From NCBI GenBank assembly GCA_040904565.1, contig JBBDTI010000094.1:1-64000 (forward strand): a DNA stretch of 64,000 nt. The letters are read 5' to 3'. This document shows, piece by piece, positions 37,000 through 47,349 of the stretch. Source of the stretch: Rhodothermales bacterium (GTDB taxonomy: Bacteria > Bacteroidota > Rhodothermia > Rhodothermales > VXPQ01). Made by a program: the position numbers and the translations under genes. The notes below the pieces were generated by a model, which saw nothing but the letters and a program-made list of their open reading frames with translations, made no database searches and was not told the DNA's origin. How positions within the stretch are numbered: position 1 is the first letter of the stretch; each line of letters starts with the position of its first letter.

Positions 37000-38241
37000 A
37001 TGACGGCGAACGACGGGCATCCCGATCTGGAAGGGCGTCACATCTTGCTCGGCGTCACAGGCGGTATCGCAGCCTATAAGTCCGTCGAGCTCGTCCGCCT
37101 CCTCAAAAAGGCCGGTGCCGACGTGCAGGTCCTCATGACACCCGACGCCGGACGCTTCATCACGCCCCTGACGCTCGGGACCGTGTCGGAGCGTCCCGTC
37201 CTCACCGAGATCTTCGTCGACGGCGATGAAGGATCGTGGACCCGGCATATTTCTCTCGGCAGATGGGCCGCCCTCTTCGTGATCGCGCCGGCGACGGCGC
37301 AAACCCTGGCGAAGCTGGCTCACGGATTCAGCGATAACATGCTAACAGCGACGGCCCTCGCCGCCCGATGTCCGCTCCTCATCTGTCCGGCCATGGACCA
37401 CGACATGTTCGTGCATCCGGCTACGCAAAAAAACCTTGAGGTGCTGGCGGACCTCGGCTATACCGTGATGCCTCCGGCGTACGGCTCGCTGGCCAGCGGT
37501 CTCGTCGGGCAGGGGCGTCTCCCCGAGCCGGAGAGCATTCGCGACGCCGTCGTCGACATGCTCGGCGACCGGGCGCACGGGGAAAGCCTTGCCGGACAGC
37601 GGGTCCTCGTAACAGCCGGACCCACGCGCGAACACATCGATCCTGTTCGGTATATCAGCAACCCGTCCTCCGGCAAGATGGGCTTCGCCCTAGCCGCCGC
37701 CGCCGCCCGCCGAGGCGCCGACGTAACCCTCGTTACAGGCCCCACGCATCTGCCCACTCCGAGCGGCGTGACGCGCGTCGACGTAGAATCAGCCGAGCAG
37801 ATGCACAGCTCCGTGATGGAGCATCGTGGGGCGGACATCATTATCATGGCGGCTGCCGTGGCTGACTATTCGCCCATCGATACGTCCACCCAAAAGATGA
37901 AAAAACACGACGGCGACGTGGCCCTGCAGCTTCGTCGTACGCCGGATATCCTTTCCGAGCTCGGCGCCCGGCGATCCGACGATCAGATCCTCGTCGGGTT
38001 TGCCATGGAGACGGACGACGGTCTCGCGCATGCGCGCGAGAAGCTCGACGAAAAGAACGTGGACTGGATTGTGCTGAACACGCTAACGGATGAGGGCGCC
38101 GGTTTCGGTGTGGATACAAACCGCGTCACCCTTATCAGCCGCCTCGGCGAAGAAGAGGAGCTTCCCCTCATGTCGAAGCGGCGTGTGGCGGAAGCGATTC
38201 TGGATCGCCTCCGGTTCGATGCGACGAAGCCAGCGGCCTGA
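37000..38241 (+). CDS. coaBC: Bifunctional PPC decarboxylase / PPC synthetase
   Basis: [39 protein letters not shown] and VGFAMET. Start set at ATG 37000. Confidence 0.97.
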   Translation: MTANDGHPDLEGRHILLGVTGGIAAYKSVELVRLLKKAGADVQVLMTPDAGRFITPLTLGTVSERPVLTEIFVDGDEGSWTRHISLGRWAALFVIAPATAQTLAKLAHGFSDNMLTATALAARCPLLICPAMDHDMFVHPATQKNLEVLADLGYTVMPPAYGSLASGLVGQGRLPEPESIRDAVVDMLGDRAHGESLAGQRVLVTAGPTREHIDPVRYISNPSSGKMGFALAAAAARRGADVTLVTGPTHLPTPSGVTRVDVESAEQMHSSVMEHRGADIIIMAAAVADYSPIDTSTQKMKKHDGDVALQLRRTPDILSELGARRSDDQILVGFAMETDDGLAHAREKLDEKNVDWIVLNTLTDEGAGFGVDTNRVTLISRLGEEEELPLMSKRRVAEAILDRLRFDATKPAA

Positions 38242-38283
38242 CACGCCGCTGTCACTGCCCATCCCTTATATAGTCTGGTGGGG

Positions 38284-38328
38284 TTGTCCACATCCTTCGT
38301 GGATAACCCTGTGCGCACTTCGTTGACA
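38284..38328. promoter_or_regulatory. Pair of inverted DnaA boxes plus a TTGACA -35 element upstream of udg-dnaB
   Basis: TTGTCCACA at 38284-38292 and CGTGGATAA at 38298-38306 (one mismatch each). TTGACA at 38323-38328. Confidence 0.6.
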
Positions 38329-38404
38329 ATCAGCGCCAATCCAGGCTTGAGACCCCGTCGGCCTGCCGCTAGTTTCTAACCTGGATTTTCGCCCTCCGCG
38401 CCGC

Positions 38405-39226
38405 ATGCAAGCCCTCCTTTCCGAGCTGAAGACGATTCTAGAGCACGAACAGGCCTTGACCGGCCCGTTCGTTCAGCTGCCTGCGCCGCGCACATCGGAG
38501 ATCCGCTCCGACGCAATGGATTCCGGCAAACCAGACGACGATCCCGACATGCCCACGAAAGATCTGTTCGGCAATCCCATTACTCGAGACAACAACGCCG
38601 CCTTATCTCCATACGAGCGGATTCACGCGCTCATTCCAGCGGATTCTCCGCTTGCTTCCATGGCTACGCTGGAAGAAGTGGAATCGTACGTCCGGGACAC
38701 GGTCCTCATCCCGCTGGACGAAACCCGTCAGAACCCGGTGTTCGGCGTCGGAAACCCGAATGCGGACCTGCTCGTCGTCGGCGAGGCCCCGGGTGCTGAC
38801 GAAGACGCTCAGGGGGAACCGTTCGTAGGTCGGGCCGGCCAGCTCCTTACCAAGATTCTTGCCGCGATCGACTTTTCGCGTGACGATGTATACATCGCGA
38901 ACATCCTCAAGAGTCGCCCCCCGAATAACCGCAATCCCCTTGCCGCCGAGGTCGAAGCGCACGTTCCAATCCTCTACAAACAGATAGCCCTTATCCAGCC
39001 GAAGATTATACTGTGCGTCGGAAAGACATCCGGTACGACGCTGCTGGACGAACAGACGACACTAGGTGCCCTGCGCCAGAAATTTCACGACTTCCACGGA
39101 CTTCCGCTTATGGTTACGTATCATCCGGCGGCCCTCTTGCGGAATCCCAACTGGAAGCGGCCGACCTGGGACGATGTCCAGATGCTTCGTGACCGCTACG
39201 ACGAGCTTGTGGGGGTCCCGGCGTAG
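38405..39226 (+). CDS. Uracil-DNA glycosylase, family 4-like
   Basis: GEAPG..ED..GEPFVG, RPPNNR.P and TYHPAALLR. The Fe-S cysteines usual for family 4 appear to be absent. Confidence 0.93.
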   Translation: MQALLSELKTILEHEQALTGPFVQLPAPRTSEIRSDAMDSGKPDDDPDMPTKDLFGNPITRDNNAALSPYERIHALIPADSPLASMATLEEVESYVRDTVLIPLDETRQNPVFGVGNPNADLLVVGEAPGADEDAQGEPFVGRAGQLLTKILAAIDFSRDDVYIANILKSRPPNNRNPLAAEVEAHVPILYKQIALIQPKIILCVGKTSGTTLLDEQTTLGALRQKFHDFHGLPLMVTYHPAALLRNPNWKRPTWDDVQMLRDRYDELVGVPA

Positions 39227-39281
39227 CTCCGGCGTCGTACGCCTCGCGTCGAGGCCCACGCTTTTTGAGAAGTAACGAACT

Positions 39282-40790
39282 ATGTCAGATCAGGAAGAAC
39301 CACATTCCTCGAACTCATCCGGGCCCAACGGCCGACCGCCCAGTCCGCCGCCCGATCGACGCGACGTGCATCAGCGGACAGGCCGCATGCCGCCGCACGC
39401 GACGGACGTCGAGCAATCGGTGCTGGGGGCCATGCTTCTGGAGCGCGAAGCCATTCCAAAGGCGATCGAGATCCTGACGGAGAAGTCGTTCTACAGCACG
39501 AAGCATCGCCGCATCTTCTCGGCTATCACGTCCCTGTTCGAGAAAAGCAATCCGGTCGACCTGATTACGCTCACCGAGGAAATGCGGCGCCGGGAAGAGC
39601 TCGACAGCATCGGTGGAGCCTACTATCTCACGGAGCTCACGACCGAGGTGGCGTCTGCCGCCAACGTGGAATACCACGCCCGCATCATTGCGGAGAAGTA
39701 TCTCCTTCGTGAGATGATCGAAACGATGACCACGCTCGTCGGCGAGGCCTACGATCCCACCTCGGACGCCTTTGAGCTGCTCGACAAGGCCGAGTCGGAG
39801 ATCTTCCAGATCTCGGACACACAGATGCGCCGTCCGGCCGCGTCGATGTCGGACGTCATCAAAACGACGCTGCAGCAACTCGAAGCCATTCACGGACAGG
39901 AGGGCGGCATCACGGGCGTGCCGAGCGGCTTCAACCGCCTCGACGAATACACGAGCGGCTGGCAGCGCTCCGACCTGATTATCGTCGCGGCGCGCCCGTC
40001 GATGGGAAAGACGGCCTTTGCGCTGACGTGTGCCCGCAACGCGGCCCTTCATCCACAGCACCCCGCCGGCGTCGCCATCTTCTCACTTGAGATGGGCGCC
40101 GAGCAGCTTGCCCAGCGGCTCTTGACGTCCGAGGCGCGCATCGACGCACAGGCGGCGCGGACGGGTCGAATGAAGGATCGCGACTGGCAGTCCCTCGCCC
40201 GTGCCGCCGGGCGCCTTTCGGCCGCTCCCATCTACATCGACGATACGCCCGGCCTCTCCGTCCTGGAGCTCCGTGCCAAATGCCGTAGGTTGAAGGCGGA
40301 GCACGACATCGGGCTCGTGGTCGTCGACTACCTGCAACTCATGCAGGGGGCGACGAACAACCGCCAGGCAAATCGCGAGCAGGAGATCGCTCACATCAGC
40401 CGGTCCCTGAAATCTCTGGCCAAAGAGCTCGACGTTCCCGTCGTCGCGCTGTCCCAGCTGAACCGCGCCGTCGAGAGCCGCGGTGGCGACAAGCGGCCGC
40501 AGCTATCCGATCTGCGCGAGAGCGGATCGATCGAACAGGACGCCGACGTGGTCTGCTTCATCTACCGCGCCGAGCGGTACGGAATCACGGTCGATGAGAA
40601 TGGAAACTCGACGGAGGGCCTCGGGGAGATCATCATCGGAAAACAGCGGAACGGCCCGATCGGTGTCGTCCGACTGGCGTTCGTGGACCAGTACGCCCGG
40701 TTCGAGAATCTGACGACCTATTACCAGTCCCCGGGCGGAGGCGACGGGTTCTCTGCCCCACCACCGGGCGATGACGACGCTCCGTTCTAA
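39282..40790 (+). CDS. dnaB: Replicative DNA helicase
   Basis: AARPSMGKT, FSLEM, DYLQL, SQLNR, LRESGSIEQDAD and KQRNGP. No intein. Confidence 0.99.
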   Translation: MSDQEEPHSSNSSGPNGRPPSPPPDRRDVHQRTGRMPPHATDVEQSVLGAMLLEREAIPKAIEILTEKSFYSTKHRRIFSAITSLFEKSNPVDLITLTEEMRRREELDSIGGAYYLTELTTEVASAANVEYHARIIAEKYLLREMIETMTTLVGEAYDPTSDAFELLDKAESEIFQISDTQMRRPAASMSDVIKTTLQQLEAIHGQEGGITGVPSGFNRLDEYTSGWQRSDLIIVAARPSMGKTAFALTCARNAALHPQHPAGVAIFSLEMGAEQLAQRLLTSEARIDAQAARTGRMKDRDWQSLARAAGRLSAAPIYIDDTPGLSVLELRAKCRRLKAEHDIGLVVVDYLQLMQGATNNRQANREQEIAHISRSLKSLAKELDVPVVALSQLNRAVESRGGDKRPQLSDLRESGSIEQDADVVCFIYRAERYGITVDENGNSTEGLGEIIIGKQRNGPIGVVRLAFVDQYARFENLTTYYQSPGGGDGFSAPPPGDDDAPF

Positions 40791-40864
40791 ATGACGTCCG
40801 CCGCACCGCCGTGAGTACGTTCGTGCGTGCCGGCGCAAGAGCAGCCCGCGGATCGCAGCGCGAC

Positions 40865-41947
40865 TTAGAATCCCAGGCCGGTCGTATTCAGGCGAATGCG
40901 GGCGAGTAGCGGATCGGACGTCATATAAAGGGTCGAGCCATCATCGCCAAACGCGCAGTTCGCGATGCGCTCACCGGTGACGATCGTTCCCAGGTGATCG
41001 CCCTCCGGCGTCAGCACGACGACACCACCGGGGCCTGTCGCCCAGAGATTGCCGCCCATGTCGACGGCCATGCCGTCGAACGCTCCCTGTTTGCCCTGCT
41101 CGCGAAGCGGGGCGCCGTCGAAGAACACGCGGCCGTTGTCGATCGTGCCATCTCCGAGCACGTCGTAGGCCATGATGACGGGATTCTCGCCGCCCGAATT
41201 AGCCACATAGAGCGTCTGTTCGTCGGGCGAGAAGGCGATGCCGTTCGGAAACCCGAGCTCGTCGGTCAGCAGCGTAACGGTGCCCTCCTCATCCACCCGA
41301 TAGACTCCGTTGAAGGCCAGCTCTTTCTCCGGGTTCTCGTTGAGTCCCTCGAGACCGTACGGCGGATCGGTGAAATAGATGTCGCCGCTGGAATGCACGA
41401 CCAGATCGTTCGGGCTGTTGAACCGCATGCCGTCGTACTCGGCCGCGACGACTTCGCGCGTGAAGTTCTCCTCGTTCAACCGGCCGATCTGCCGGTTGCC
41501 GTGATCGGCCATCAGGAGCCGACCCTCGGCGTCCAGCATGAGTCCGTTCGTGCCCAGTTCCGCTCCGGCAGGGTCGCTCCACATATACCCGGCGGGGCGT
41601 AGATAGGGGGTGAGGCCGCTGTCTTCATCCCACCGGTAGATGGTATTGCGCGGGATATCCGAGAACAGCACGTACCCGCCGTCCGGAACCCAGACCGGGC
41701 CTTCCGACCACTCGAAGCCCTCCGCGAGCTTCTCGACGACGGCATCGGCAGGGATGAGTGCATCCAGCCGCTCGTCCAACCGCTCGATCGTGCCGATCTC
41801 CTCGTACTCCGTTTCCTGCTCAGGCTCATTGGGCGGCGGGGCACCGCAGCCAGCCGCACCGAGGAATGCGGCGGCGACCACTAACGTGACGACGACTGTG
41901 TGGGCGATGGAGACACGGATAGGAGAGGAACGCATGTTCATTACCAT
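40865..41947 (-). CDS. SMP-30/gluconolactonase family lipoprotein
   Basis: Lipobox-like AAGC, SEGPVW, NSPND, FTDPPYG, PNGIAFSPD and DGMAVD. Confidence 0.93.
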   Translation of the reverse strand: MVMNMRSSPIRVSIAHTVVVTLVVAAAFLGAAGCGAPPPNEPEQETEYEEIGTIERLDERLDALIPADAVVEKLAEGFEWSEGPVWVPDGGYVLFSDIPRNTIYRWDEDSGLTPYLRPAGYMWSDPAGAELGTNGLMLDAEGRLLMADHGNRQIGRLNEENFTREVVAAEYDGMRFNSPNDLVVHSSGDIYFTDPPYGLEGLNENPEKELAFNGVYRVDEEGTVTLLTDELGFPNGIAFSPDEQTLYVANSGGENPVIMAYDVLGDGTIDNGRVFFDGAPLREQGKQGAFDGMAVDMGGNLWATGPGGVVVLTPEGDHLGTIVTGERIANCAFGDDGSTLYMTSDPLLARIRLNTTGLGF

Positions 41948-42187
41948 GTTGCTGACGTGATCGGTACCCTACGCTAGGAAGTAAGGTACGGCACAGGGGC
42001 TTCATCGTACAGGCTGCGGCCCCACGAGCGTGGTGACATAACAACGAGACGCCGCGCCCCGGGAGCGGCGCGCGAAAATATGGTCTATTATGGAGAATAC
42101 GGACGGGCCGCGGGACCATGACGCCGCGCCATCCGTCACGTACGTAGTAAGTTGCATCCATCCATTGAAGAGTAGGAGGCACCCACG

Positions 42188-42394
42188 ATGAGTGACCATG
42201 TCTACAAAACCGTCGAGCTCACCGGTTCGTCGCCGGACGGCATCGAAGAAGCCGTAGAGCGGGCCATCTCGAAGGCCGGCGAGACCGTGCGAAACATGCG
42301 GTGGTTCAAGGTGGTCTCGACCCGCGGCCATCTGGAGGACGGCAAGATCGCCCACTGGCAGGTAACCGTAAAGATTGGGTTTACGCTGGAATGA
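42188..42394 (+). CDS. Dodecin (flavin-binding)
   Basis: [15 protein letters not shown]...MRWF.V..TRG...[12 protein letters not shown], with a GGAGG RBS. Confidence 0.95.
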   Translation: MSDHVYKTVELTGSSPDGIEEAVERAISKAGETVRNMRWFKVVSTRGHLEDGKIAHWQVTVKIGFTLE

Positions 42395-44298
42395 GCGGCA
42401 TCTCGACTCCCTCTTCGAGCCCCCTTCGCCTGCTGCGCCGCGCCGCCTGCTTACTGGCCGTACTGTCCGTGAGTCATGGCGGATTCGCGCAGGAGGCCGA
42501 GACCCTTGAAGGAGTCCTACCCGACTCTATCGTGATCACGGCGTCGAGATACGCCGAGGACGTACGTCACACGGGCCGGCGCGTTGCGGTGTGGACGGCG
42601 AGCGACATTGAGCGCCTCCCGGTGACTTCGGTTGACGACTTGCTCAGAACGGTCGCCGGCGTCGACGTGCAGAGTCGTGGAGGGTTCGGCATACAGAGCG
42701 ATCTCTCAATTCGTGGTTCGGGGTTCAATGGCGTCCTGCTGCTCCTCGACGGGGCGCCGATCAACGACCCCATGACGGGCCATTTCCTGGCGGACCTTCC
42801 CGTACCGCTCTCCGAAGTCGCGCGTGTCGAAGTGCTTCGCGGTCCGGCCGCCGCCGTATACGGTCCCGATGCCCTCGGCGGCGTGGTCCAGCTCTTTACG
42901 CATGCAGGACTTCGGAGCGGCGCCATCCAGCAGCGGCTCCGTCCGCAGCTTTCCGTTACGGGCGGCCAGCACGATCTCTACGGCGTGGACGCGTCGCTGG
43001 GAGGGTTCGCCGCGGGAATGCATGTATCCGCAGCGACGGCCTGGCAGGGAACGGATGGCGAATCCGTGGCCGGCGGTGCTGCCCGAAGCGATTTCCGGCG
43101 GCGCGTCCATACGGCCGCCGTCTCGACCCGCCGCGCGGGCGCCGACGTGTTCGCCCGCGTGGGCTGGGATGACCGTGAATTCGGCGCCTTTCATTTCTAC
43201 ACCCCCTTTCCCAGCGACACGGCGCGGGAGGAGACGTCTACGCTGTGGGGACAGGTTCGCGTTCGGGGGGCGGACTGGACGGCACAGGTTCACGCCAAGC
43301 AGCACTTCGACCGCTACGTCTACAATCCGGCCACGCCGGCCAACGAACACACCAGCCGCACGATCAACGCGTTCGCCGATCGCCGATGGCACGCGTCCGA
43401 TGCGATGTCGGTATCCGTCGGCGCAGAAGGCGGCGTACGAGGCATCGACAGCAACAACCTTGGCGTACACCAGGACGCCTCGGCCGGCCTTTTCGCCGCG
43501 GCTACCTGGGGGAAAGGTGCACTGGACCTCCGTGGTGCCGGTCACGCCGACTACGATCCGGCGTACGGGCTCGAGGTTACGCCCCAGATCTATGGTGCCC
43601 TCGACGTCGGAACGGCCGTACTGCACGGCGGCGTGGCGCGCGCGGTGAGGGCCCCAAACTATATCGAGCGCTATTTCAACACGACGCTGGAGAGTCCGCG
43701 CGGCCGCAGTCTGGGGAACCCGGACCTGCAGCCCGAGCGTGCGTGGTCGGCGGAGGCAGGTGTGACGTGGGAGGCCCTTCAGGACGTCCGACTGCACCTG
43801 ACCGGCTTCCGCCGCGTGACGCGCGACCTTATCGACTACGCCATGGCCTCACCATCGGACACCGTATTTCTGGCTCGGAATCTCCATCGCGTGGAAGCGC
43901 GGGGTGCCGAAGCCGAGATCGAAGCACGCGGCCGGATCGGGAACAGTATCGTCTCCTTTACGAGCTCGTACACGCTTCTAGATGCAGACCTGGGTGAGGT
44001 GAGCGAAGGTGTCTCCTTCAAATACGCGCTGACGCATGCGCGACACCTCGTACAGTCCACCTTCTCCGTCAATCACGGCAGGTGGGGTGCCGGCACGCGT
44101 GCGCTTTACAAGGATCCGATCGACGGCGACGCCTACTTCGTGGCCCATCTTCACGCCGGATACGTCGTTCCGCTTTCGAGGGGACGGCTCACCATATCCA
44201 CCGAACTGCGCAACGTTTTCGACGTGGACTACGCAGACGTTTTCGACGCTCCCATGCCTGGACGGTGGTGGATGGCGGGACTTCGCTGGGCACCGTAG
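42391..44298 (+). CDS. TonB-dependent outer-membrane receptor
   Basis: Signal peptide, TonB-box-like DSIVITASR, plug [29 protein letters not shown] and C-terminal PGR. ATG 42391 overlaps the dodecin stop. Confidence 0.93.
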   Translation: MSGISTPSSSPLRLLRRAACLLAVLSVSHGGFAQEAETLEGVLPDSIVITASRYAEDVRHTGRRVAVWTASDIERLPVTSVDDLLRTVAGVDVQSRGGFGIQSDLSIRGSGFNGVLLLLDGAPINDPMTGHFLADLPVPLSEVARVEVLRGPAAAVYGPDALGGVVQLFTHAGLRSGAIQQRLRPQLSVTGGQHDLYGVDASLGGFAAGMHVSAATAWQGTDGESVAGGAARSDFRRRVHTAAVSTRRAGADVFARVGWDDREFGAFHFYTPFPSDTAREETSTLWGQVRVRGADWTAQVHAKQHFDRYVYNPATPANEHTSRTINAFADRRWHASDAMSVSVGAEGGVRGIDSNNLGVHQDASAGLFAAATWGKGALDLRGAGHADYDPAYGLEVTPQIYGALDVGTAVLHGGVARAVRAPNYIERYFNTTLESPRGRSLGNPDLQPERAWSAEAGVTWEALQDVRLHLTGFRRVTRDLIDYAMASPSDTVFLARNLHRVEARGAEAEIEARGRIGNSIVSFTSSYTLLDADLGEVSEGVSFKYALTHARHLVQSTFSVNHGRWGAGTRALYKDPIDGDAYFVAHLHAGYVVPLSRGRLTISTELRNVFDVDYADVFDAPMPGRWWMAGLRWAP

Positions 44299-44321
44299 CA
44301 GAAACGGCGCCGTACAGAAAC

Positions 44322-44362
44322 AAAAAAAGCTCGATCCTCCCCGCTGCAGGGCTGATCGAGCT
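44322..44362 (-). terminator. Terminator downstream of tRNA-Cys
   Basis: AGCTCGATC...GATCGAGCT stem with a T7 run on the minus strand. Confidence 0.7.
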
Positions 44363-44373
44363 CCATGTTCTGC

Positions 44374-44447
44374 TGGAGGTGACGGGCGGATTCGAACCGC
44401 CGTACAAGGTTTTGCAGACCTTTGCCTAACCCCTCGGCCACGTCACC
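44374..44447 (-). tRNA. tRNA-Cys(GCA)
   Basis: GGTGACG...AAGGT-CTGCAAA-ACCTT...GGTTCGAATCC...CGTCACC-TCCA. Confidence 0.98.
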
Positions 44448-44864
44448 TGATGCTGTACCGCCCCTTCTGAACGCCGTTCAGGCGTCCGAGGGCGATCCAA
44501 AATCCCTTCGGGGCTTCGTAGTACACATTATTCACTACCAGGTTCTGCCGCAAGATCCGCCGCAAAGCGCGATTCACGTGGACTTCCATCCGGCGTCGAG
44601 GCCGGATGCCGCGATCGTTCGGGCACGCCATCGCTCCCGCGTGAGCTCGGGCGGCGGGAAGCGTCCGTCACAAGGGCTTTTCGGTGCGTATTTAAGTTCC
44701 GTCGCATCCGAGCCGATACACCAGTCAGGAAATGCATCACGCCGCGGGAGCAGGTGCGTCCACGATAGTGGCAGGGAACGGCGCGCGCTCTGGCGTCCGA
44801 CGCGATTGGACGCGCGCACCCGGTCGCGCGCCAGACCAACGTCATCTCGAACGGAAACCGTCCT

Positions 44865-46007
44865 ATGGGAAAGGCAGCCTTACTAGCCATCGCGGCTCTC
44901 ATCGTCACATCCTCATACTACACCCTGTCGACGCAGGACGGACAGGCCGGTGCGGCGGGGGCGACCGCACAGTATCAGCTTGAGGTACTCGCTCGCAACG
45001 CCGCCATGGCCGGCTACAGTCAGGCCCGTCAGGGTATTGCGGATGCAGGAACGTTCACTCCGTTTACATACGGCGGCGTGACGCTGGACGGCACGTACTC
45101 GGGCGGCCATTACGAAACCACCATTTCGTCCAACGGCGACGTGGCCACCATCGAATCCGTCGGTACGGTCGGCCGCGGGTCGGACGCAGCCCACTTCACG
45201 ATCAACGCCGTCGTGGGCGCGAGAGCCTCCGCAGCCTCGAGCGTTCCCCCGTTTCTCGCGTATGCGCTCCTAACGAACGAAGATCTCCTCTTGAATGGCA
45301 ATGTCGGAGGCTATGTGGACGAAGAGACGACCCTCAACGCCAATTTCCACACGAACGGGAATCTCCACGTCAACGGCAATGCAGCAGACGTCTCCGGCTT
45401 CGGCACGTACGTCGGCTCGGGAACGTCCAACCCCCCGCAGGCGCTCGCCAACACGTTTCAGCCGAACCACAATCCGGACGAGCTATCGACGGCCTACGCG
45501 GCGTCACCGATAGACATTCCGACGTTCGACGCGGATGCCTTTCTCGAGAACGTGGCCGTTGACGAGACGAGCCCCAGTACGGTGGTCCTTGCAGGCACGA
45601 TCGACCCCGGCGGCACGCGCGAGAACCCGTACGTATGGCACGTGAAGGGCGATCTGGTGTCCACCGGCGGCGCCACCATTCACGGATACGTGCTTTTCGT
45701 AGTCGACGGCGACATCAATCTGTCCGGAAACCTGATTGCGGGCGCCGACTACGACGAAAGCAACGTGGCACTCTACGCCGGTGACGACGTCACCATCAAC
45801 GGGAACGTCCAGATCCACGGCCAGATCTACGCGGGTGATGACGTCACGCTGAGCGGCACGCCCGACATCTACGGATCCATTGCCGCGCGATCTTCCGTCA
45901 CGCTCAACGGTACGCCGGGGATTCACTACCGGCCCGCGTCGCCGTCGCTGGCGACGATTTTTTCCGACACGTCCACCCTGCACCTCGTGTCCTACTACGA
46001 GCACTAG
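44865..46007 (+). CDS. Exported protein with PilX-like N-terminus and beta-helix-like C-terminal repeats
   Basis: MG-KAALLAIAALIV hydrophobic start, ARNAAMAG helix and repeats such as YAGDDVTINGNVQIHGQI / YAGDDVTLSGTPDIYGSI. Confidence 0.6.
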   Translation: MGKAALLAIAALIVTSSYYTLSTQDGQAGAAGATAQYQLEVLARNAAMAGYSQARQGIADAGTFTPFTYGGVTLDGTYSGGHYETTISSNGDVATIESVGTVGRGSDAAHFTINAVVGARASAASSVPPFLAYALLTNEDLLLNGNVGGYVDEETTLNANFHTNGNLHVNGNAADVSGFGTYVGSGTSNPPQALANTFQPNHNPDELSTAYAASPIDIPTFDADAFLENVAVDETSPSTVVLAGTIDPGGTRENPYVWHVKGDLVSTGGATIHGYVLFVVDGDINLSGNLIAGADYDESNVALYAGDDVTINGNVQIHGQIYAGDDVTLSGTPDIYGSIAARSSVTLNGTPGIHYRPASPSLATIFSDTSTLHLVSYYEH

Positions 46008-46084
46008 CGCAACAAAGAAGCCAGTCCGACGCCGTGCGCGCCAGGCTGGCTTTCCCGTTTCTTCCGAATGCCTTTCAGGATGAG

Positions 46085-46158
46085 CGCGCCCGGCAGGACT
46101 CGAACCTGCAGCCTGCGGATTAGAAGTCCGCTGCTCTATCCAGTTGAGCTACGGGCGC
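46085..46158 (-). tRNA. tRNA-Arg(TCT)
   Basis: GCGCCCG...GCGGA-CTTCTAA-TCCGC...GGTTCGAGTCC...CGGGCGC-G. CCA is not encoded. Confidence 0.98.
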
Positions 46159-46201
46159 AGGACCAACTGCTTCCGTCGAGCCGGCGGGCGGCCTCCTTGT
46201 G

Positions 46202-46275
46202 TCGGGGCGGCCGGATTTGAACCGACGACCCTCTGCTCCCAAAGCAGATGCGCTACCGGACTGCGCTACGCCCCG
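46202..46275 (-). tRNA. tRNA-Pro(TGG)
   Basis: CGGGGCG...TCTGC-TTTGGGA-GCAGA...GGTTCAAATCC...CGCCCCG-A. Confidence 0.98.
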
Positions 46276-46337
46276 ATCTCCGATGACTCTCGGCCAAGGC
46301 GAGATGTGCGTCCACACGCCACTTGGCCTGCGCCGGG

Positions 46338-46514
46338 TTAGAGCGCCTGCTTTGCGGCATTAAGCTCGTCGCGAACGTCTTCGACGTCGACCATCTTCTC
46401 CTTAAAGCGATATTGGCCGTTCGGCTTTTTCTCCGCGGCAACGATCTTCGCCATTTGCTTGGTCGTCTGGCGCTGCTTTCGGACCTTGTCGCCGAATGTC
46501 TGTTTCTTTGCCAT
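46338..46514 (-). CDS. DUF4295-like small protein
   Basis: MAKKQ...KQMAKIV...GQYRFKEKMV, in the conserved position after rpmB-rpmG in Bacteroidota-like genomes. Confidence 0.8.
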   Translation of the reverse strand: MAKKQTFGDKVRKQRQTTKQMAKIVAAEKKPNGQYRFKEKMVDVEDVRDELNAAKQAL

Positions 46515-46612
46515 CGTTCTCTCCTCTCGTATTCTGTCGGGTCCGCCCCGCCAACGCAGCCGCCAGGCCCGTTGCGACGCACGCCGTGGGCTCGTCACCC
46601 ACCCGGGCCGAA

Positions 46613-46783
46613 CTACTTAATCTCGCGGTGTACGGTGTGCTTGCGCAGCTTGGGGTTGTACTTCTTGAGCTCCATGCGCTCCGTCGTGTTGCGCCGGTTC
46701 TTCGTCGTCGAATACCGCGACGTTCCCGGAGCTTCCGTGCATTCGAGCGTAACCTGTATACGGACGCCTTTTCCTTTTGCCAT
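46613..46783 (-). CDS. rpmG: 50S ribosomal protein L33 (56 aa, below the ORF-track cutoff)
   Basis: Manual translation gives [56 protein letters not shown]. Confidence 0.98.
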   Translation of the reverse strand: MAKGKGVRIQVTLECTEAPGTSRYSTTKNRRNTTERMELKKYNPKLRKHTVHREIK

Positions 46784-46828
46784 AACTTTTCTCCGCGTCT
46801 ATGCTGCCGGCCTTAATGGATGCAAGAT

Positions 46829-47065
46829 CTAAATGCGCACGCCCTGACGACGTGCCTCTTCGATCACAGCCTGAATGCCGTTCTTATTGATCGTCTTCAA
46901 CGTCTTCGTCGACACCTTGAGTGTCACGTAGCGGTTTTCGGACGGAATGTAGAATTTCTTCTTCTGCAGGTTCAGGTTGAACCGACGCTTCACTCTGTTA
47001 TTCGAGTGAGATACGTGATTACCCGTCTTTGGCCCGCGACCTGTCAGGTCGTCCTTCTTTGCCAT
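46829..47065 (-). CDS. rpmB: 50S ribosomal protein L28
   Basis: TG...GNHVSHSNNRVKRRFNLNLQ...KTINKNG. Confidence 0.98.
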   Translation of the reverse strand: MAKKDDLTGRGPKTGNHVSHSNNRVKRRFNLNLQKKKFYIPSENRYVTLKVSTKTLKTINKNGIQAVIEEARRQGVRI

Positions 47066-47349
47066 GGTTCGAAGTCAATCTGTTTACGCCGTGCAGTGAG
47101 GCTGCGCACTAAGTCAGGCTCTCTTAAAAGAAAGTATTGGAAGAAAGAAAAAGCCGCCGAGGCGGCTCGCACATTCAATACAGCCTGTTAACATACGTCA
47201 ACCGGGTTTTGCAACGCAAACCTCCGTACGTGGCTAGCCTGCGCTGGATCCGGAATTATCCGTAAAGGCGGTCCTTAAAGGAGACGCCGTACCAAATGTT
47301 TCTTTAAGAAGCGGTTGAGTCCTCGGCAGGATCCGGCCGTGAGAAGTCC

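Noticed and set aside
39282-40790. Intein in DnaB
   Set aside because: Normal length and contiguous motifs.
41950-42187. Riboswitch (FMN or cobalamin) upstream of dodecin/TonB receptor
   Set aside because: Conserved core motifs of either class were not found by eye.
44587-44608. REP-like hairpin CATCCGGC...GCCGGATG
   Set aside because: Single copy in the window with no associated transposase.
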